Below are positions 20,226-24,606 of a DNA stretch of 24,606 nucleotides, piece by piece (position 1 is the stretch's first letter; each line of letters opens with the position of its first letter). The stretch lies in contig JAANOX010000194.1 in the NCBI GenBank assembly GCA_020184695.1, positions 1-24,606 on the forward strand, written 5' to 3'. Below the pieces are notes generated by a model. That model was not told the DNA's origin. It did not search any database and saw nothing but the letters and a program-made list of their open reading frames with translations. The position numbers and the translations under genes are program-made. Origin of the DNA: Histomonas meleagridis 2922-C6/04-290x. Taxonomy: Eukaryota; Protista; Parabasalia.

Positions 20226-22610
20226 TTATCTGAAAATCATGCAATGAATTTTGTCTGCAAATAATCGAATAATTTCTGCATTTTTATTTTCTGATGCTAT
20301 TATAAGCGCTGTTTTATATGTTTGAAAGTAATTCCAAATGTTTATATGAAATATCATATTATTTAAAAATACTTGAAACAAAACAAATAAATATTTTTAG
20401 TATCGATATCAATTCTTTCTTGTTCAAGAAGTAATTTAACTATTTCTGTATGACCTTTCCAAGATGCTAAAATAAGTGCTGTTTTAAATAATTTCAATAA
20501 TTTCCAAATATTATTTTGAAATACAAAATTATTAAAATAAATATCAAATAAAACAAATAAATATCTTTAGCATTAATATCAATTCCTTTTTGTTCAAGAA
20601 GTAATTTAACTATTTCTGTATGACCTTTTGAAGATGCCCAAATAAGTGCTGTTTCAAATAATTTAAATAATTTCCAAATATTATTTTGAAATAAAAAATT
20701 ATTAAAATAAATTATAAATAAAACAAATAAATACTTTTAGCATTAATATCAATTCCTTCTTGTTCAAGAAGTAATTTAACTATTTCTGTATGACCTTTTG
20801 AAGATGCCCAAATAAGTGCTGTACTAAATAATTTCAATAATTTTCAAATTATTAAAATAAATATCAAATAAAACAAATAAATATCTTTAGCATTAATATC
20901 AATTCCTTCTTGTTCAAGAAGTAATTTAACTATTTCTGTATGACCTTCATAAGATGCCCAAATAAGTGCTGTCCAAAATAATTTGAATAATTTCCAAATA
21001 TTATTTTGAAATACAAAATTATTAAAATAAATTTTAAATAAAGTACATAAATATTTTTAGCATTAATATCAATTCCTTCTTGTTCAAGAAGTAATTTAAC
21101 TATTTCTGTATGACCTTCATAAGATGCCCAAATAAGTGCTGTATTAAATAATTTAAATAATTTCCAAATATTATTTTGAAATACAAAATTATTAAAATAA
21201 ATATTAAATAAAACAAATAAATATCTCTAGTATTAATATTAATTCTTTTTTGTTCAAGAAGTAATTTAACTATTTCTGTATGACCTTCTGAAGAAGCTAA
21301 TATAAGTGCTGTTTTAAATAATTTAAATAATTTCCAAATATTATTTTGAAATTAAAAATTATTAAAATAAATATCAAATAAAACAAATAAATATCTCTAG
21401 TATTAATATTAATTCTTTTTTGTTCAAGAAGTAATTTAACTATTTCTGTATGACCTTTCCAAGATGCTAAAATAAGTGCTGTTTTAAATAATTTAAATAA
21501 TTTTCAAATATTATTTTGAAATACAAAATTATTAAAATAAATATTAAATAAAACAAACAAATATCTTTAGCATTAATATCAATTCCTTCTTGTTCAAGAA
21601 GTAATTTAACTATTTCTGTATGACCATTTCTAGATGCCCATATAAGTGCTGTATAAAATAATTTAAATAATTTCCAAATATTATTTTGAAATTAAAAATT
21701 ATTAAAATAAATATCAAATAAAACAAATAAATATCTCTAGTATTAATATTAATTCTTTTTTGTTCAAGAAGTAATTTAACTATTTCTGTATGACCTTTCC
21801 AAGATGCTAAAATAAGTGCTGTTTTAAATAATTTCAATAATTTCCAAATATTATTTTGAAATACAAAATTATTAAAATAAATATCAAATAAAACAAATAA
21901 ATATCTTTAGCATTAATATCAATTCCTTTTTGTTCAAGAAGTAATTTAACTATTTCTGTATGACCTTTTGAAGATGCCCAAATAAGTGCTGTACTAAATA
22001 ATTTGAATAATTTCCAAATATTATTTTGAAATACAAAATTATTAAAATAAATTTTAAATAAAACAAATAAATACCTTTAGCATTAATATCAATTCCTTCT
22101 TGTTCAAGAAGTAATTTAACTATTTCTGTATGACCTTTTGAAGATGCTAAAATAAGTGCTGTTTTAAATAATTTAAATAATTTCCAAATATTATTTTGAA
22201 ATAAAAAATTATTAAAATAAATATCAAATAAAACAAATAAATACTTTTAGTATTAATATCAATTCCTTCTTGTTCAAGAAGTAATTTAACTATTTCTGTA
22301 TGACCTTCATAAGATGCTCTAATAAGTGCTGTCCAAAATAATTTAAATAATTTCCAAATTTTATTTTGAAATACAAAATTATTAAAATAAATTTTAAATA
22401 AAACAAATAAATACCTTTAGCATTAATATCAATTCCTTCTTGTAAAAGAAGAACTTTTGTAACTTCAGAATGACCTTGGCGTGTTGCCCAATGAAGTGCT
22501 GTTTCATTAATTTTATATTAATTCCAAAAAAAATTATTAAACATTCAATATTCATGAGAAACATATTTACCATTAATATCAAATATTTTTTTGTTCGATT
22601 TGCCATTTAA
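20226..22610 (-). repeat. Ankyrin cassette array B: 13 units of 170 bp (one of 150) plus an in-frame C-cap
   Basis: TGACC anchors at 20451, 20621, 20791, 20941, 21111, 21281, 21451, 21621, 21791, 21961, 22131, 22301 and 22471. All cassettes are stop-free. C-cap KTALIIASENKNAEIIRLFADKIHCMIFR*. Confidence 0.95.
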
Positions 22611-22985
22611 TAAATGATACAAATTCTTTTTGGTGTTGAGAAGGCATCAGGTTGTGAATAAATTTGACACTTTTATATTTGGCATTTTTTATTATCTTTG
22701 TTTTCTTTTTCAATATATGATCTCAGACTGGTAATAGTTGATATGAAAATATTAATATTTTGATAAAGTAAATACATATATATATGATAAAAAGTTAATT
22801 TGGTCATATCTTGATACATCCTATTTATAATGTCATAAACATTAATTTATAACCAACATCAATTTCCTGAATCTCAAAGTCTGAAATAAAAAAGTGTGAT
22901 AATATTGTTTTTTTATATTTTTTTTTTCAATGAAAATTATATTATTATCTCTATATTAATTCGCAAAAATATTATTTTTTTTTTT

Positions 22986-23410
22986 TATGTTACAAGAACA
23001 TTCACTTTGGTGTCATCAAGTTTATATTCAATATATAATGAAAATCCCAATTATATCATTAAAATAGAAGCAAAAATGAATATGAAAACAGTAAAAGATT
23101 TTTTTAATAATAAAGATGAATTGTTATATCCACCTGCAACACACTTTAAGATAACAAAAAATCCATGCACATGAAATTGTCGAAATTCTTCTAATAATAT
23201 TCAATGTTCAGAAGAAAACATTATTTTTATTTATCTTTAAGAAATTGATTAAGGTTATGGACCAATAATAGATGGAGATGCACCTCATGAAAATCCTCCA
23301 TAAAATTATCCTGAAGTTGACCCAGAACCAGTTGGGCAATATAAACCAGAATTTATTGATTGTCCATTAGATACATCAGAAGAACCCACACCAAAGAGCG
23401 AAAGTAAGTT
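22986..23410 (+). pseudogene. Second copy of the ART-like remnant
   Basis: Essentially identical to 17113-17540, including the stops. Confidence 0.4.
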
Positions 23411-23469
23411 TACAAACTCTATAAAGATTAATATTTTACTGATATTTTTTGGCATCTAATATGGAATCC

Positions 23470-24485
23470 AAGCCAAAAAAAGTTTTGATTTTTTTTCTGA
23501 CTTAATCAACTACTCTTTCATAAGTAAAAATATAACCAATTTAAACGAGATCCAATTCTTCTTGTAATATGAAACGAACGTTAAAATAAAAGTTTTGACA
23601 AGTTTTGGAAAATGGTTGCAACAAATAATTTAAATCCAATAACGCAACTTCTCCAAATCAATTAAACAACAACATTTATATAATTTAAATAATCAAGAAT
23701 ATATACAAAAGATGTATAAAGATTAATACAAGAATTCTAAATTAATTATTCATTAAGTATTAATATTAATAAAGAACAATATTGGAAATTATCATTGACA
23801 TTATATTTAGATTAGAGACATAATTATTACTATCGAATAAATAATTTGATCAACATCAAATGGGATCTTTATTATGTGATTTACATGATCAAACAGGAGC
23901 ATTATAAAGATTACAATCATTTAGACAAATAAATTCAGATTCAACTAATTCAATAGAAACTACTACAATTGAAGATAATAAAATAATAATGAAAATGAAT
24001 AAATATTGATGATTCTAAATAATATACATATACATATTCATTTTCTTCACCATCACAACATATTAAATTAAATAATTTATTACAATGTACATTTTATCTT
24101 CATAATAATCAAGTTTTTTTCACGCCAGATAATATAAATAATAATATTCAACATCGATTAATTGAAAATAAACTCAAAGATTTATATATGGGAATACAAA
24201 GAAATCAACATCATATTCCAAGTGTTTTATGATAAAAAATTTATAATATTTCGAAATCAAAATATTCAGGAAACAGTTTTTAAAATAGATAAAAAATTAA
24301 AATTACCAAATTTGAAATATTTACAAACATCAAATTCATCAATGTTAAAACAAGAGAAAATTACCAAAAAATGGGGAAATGTCAAATCATAAATATTTAA
24401 TAATAATTTATTTTCAGGAATAAGTTTTAATGATTTAACACAACATCCGGTTTTTCCATTGGTATTAAAAGATTATCCAAATGAA
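23470..24485 (+). pseudogene. Truncated second copy of the BEACH pseudogene
   Basis: Matches 17600-18594 and breaks off after ...LKDYPNE at 24485. Confidence 0.88.
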
Positions 24486-24541
24486 GATTATTTTTGTATT
24501 TATACGAATGAAAATAGAACTAAATATAAGAAATATGAATA

Positions 24542-24606
24542 ACACACACACACACAGCGCTATTGAAGCTTCGCGTGATACGCTCGCTTCAAGCCGCGCT
24601 ACATAA
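24542..24606. mobile_element. (AC)7 tract plus GC-rich hairpin; probable element terminus, inverted relative of 1656-1720
   Basis: AGCGC(24556-60)-TTGAAGC(24563-69)-GCGT-GAT-ACGC-GCTTCAA(24586-92)-GCGCT(24596-600)-ACATAA. Its reverse complement begins TTATGTAGCGCG, as at 1656. Confidence 0.55.

Noticed and set aside
15225-22505. CRISPR-like repeat-spacer array
   Set aside because: Both halves of each unit are conserved, the repeat half encodes ankyrin, the context is eukaryotic and there are no cas genes.
20410-22505. Ordinary GT-AG introns (GTATTT...ACAG) in the ankyrin arrays
   Set aside because: Only 6 of 21 units have GT there, there is no ACTAAC branch motif, and this splice would delete the whole DxxGxT hairpin, giving 28-aa repeats. 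It is not formally excluded without cDNA.
18270-24392. Small ORFs 18270-18500, 19545-19772, 19907-20152 and 24162-24392 as separate genes
   Set aside because: They are fragments of the decayed BEACH/WD40 reading frame.

Overview
AT-rich eukaryotic DNA, most likely from a parabasalid (Trichomonas/Tritrichomonas/Histomonas-like; inferred from the H3 tail sequence, TCATTT initiators, an M3-like motif and TAAA signals overlapping stop codons). Standard genetic code. Three zones: (1) 1-5.2 kb mobile-element debris: virus/Maverick-like ORFs, a 225-bp tandem repeat, a hairpin-(GT)n terminus, a nearly intact MULE transposase and an orphan palindromic terminus. (2) 5.2-13.3 kb intact intronless host genes: RasGEF, MON2-like, CSN5-like JAMM protease, divergent histone H4-H3 pair, plus a sirtuin remnant. 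(3) 13.4-24.6 kb decayed, tandemly duplicated accessory region (BspA-like, BEACH and ART-like pseudogenes) carrying two minus-strand ankyrin arrays of 8 and 13 units. The main signal is in these arrays. Each 170-bp unit is a stop-free 29-codon ankyrin cassette plus an 83-nt frame-breaking AT-rich spacer without consistent GT-AG ends. The spacers keep a TTTGGAA motif whose GGA lies 17 nt before the variable codon preceding TAL, even in unrelated spacer sequences. Cassettes vary almost only at the ankyrin binding-surface positions and are reshuffled between the two duplicates. This suggests an unrecognised processing step (non-canonical splicing or cassette assembly) acting on a diversifying ankyrin library. 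That reading is inference and needs RNA data.
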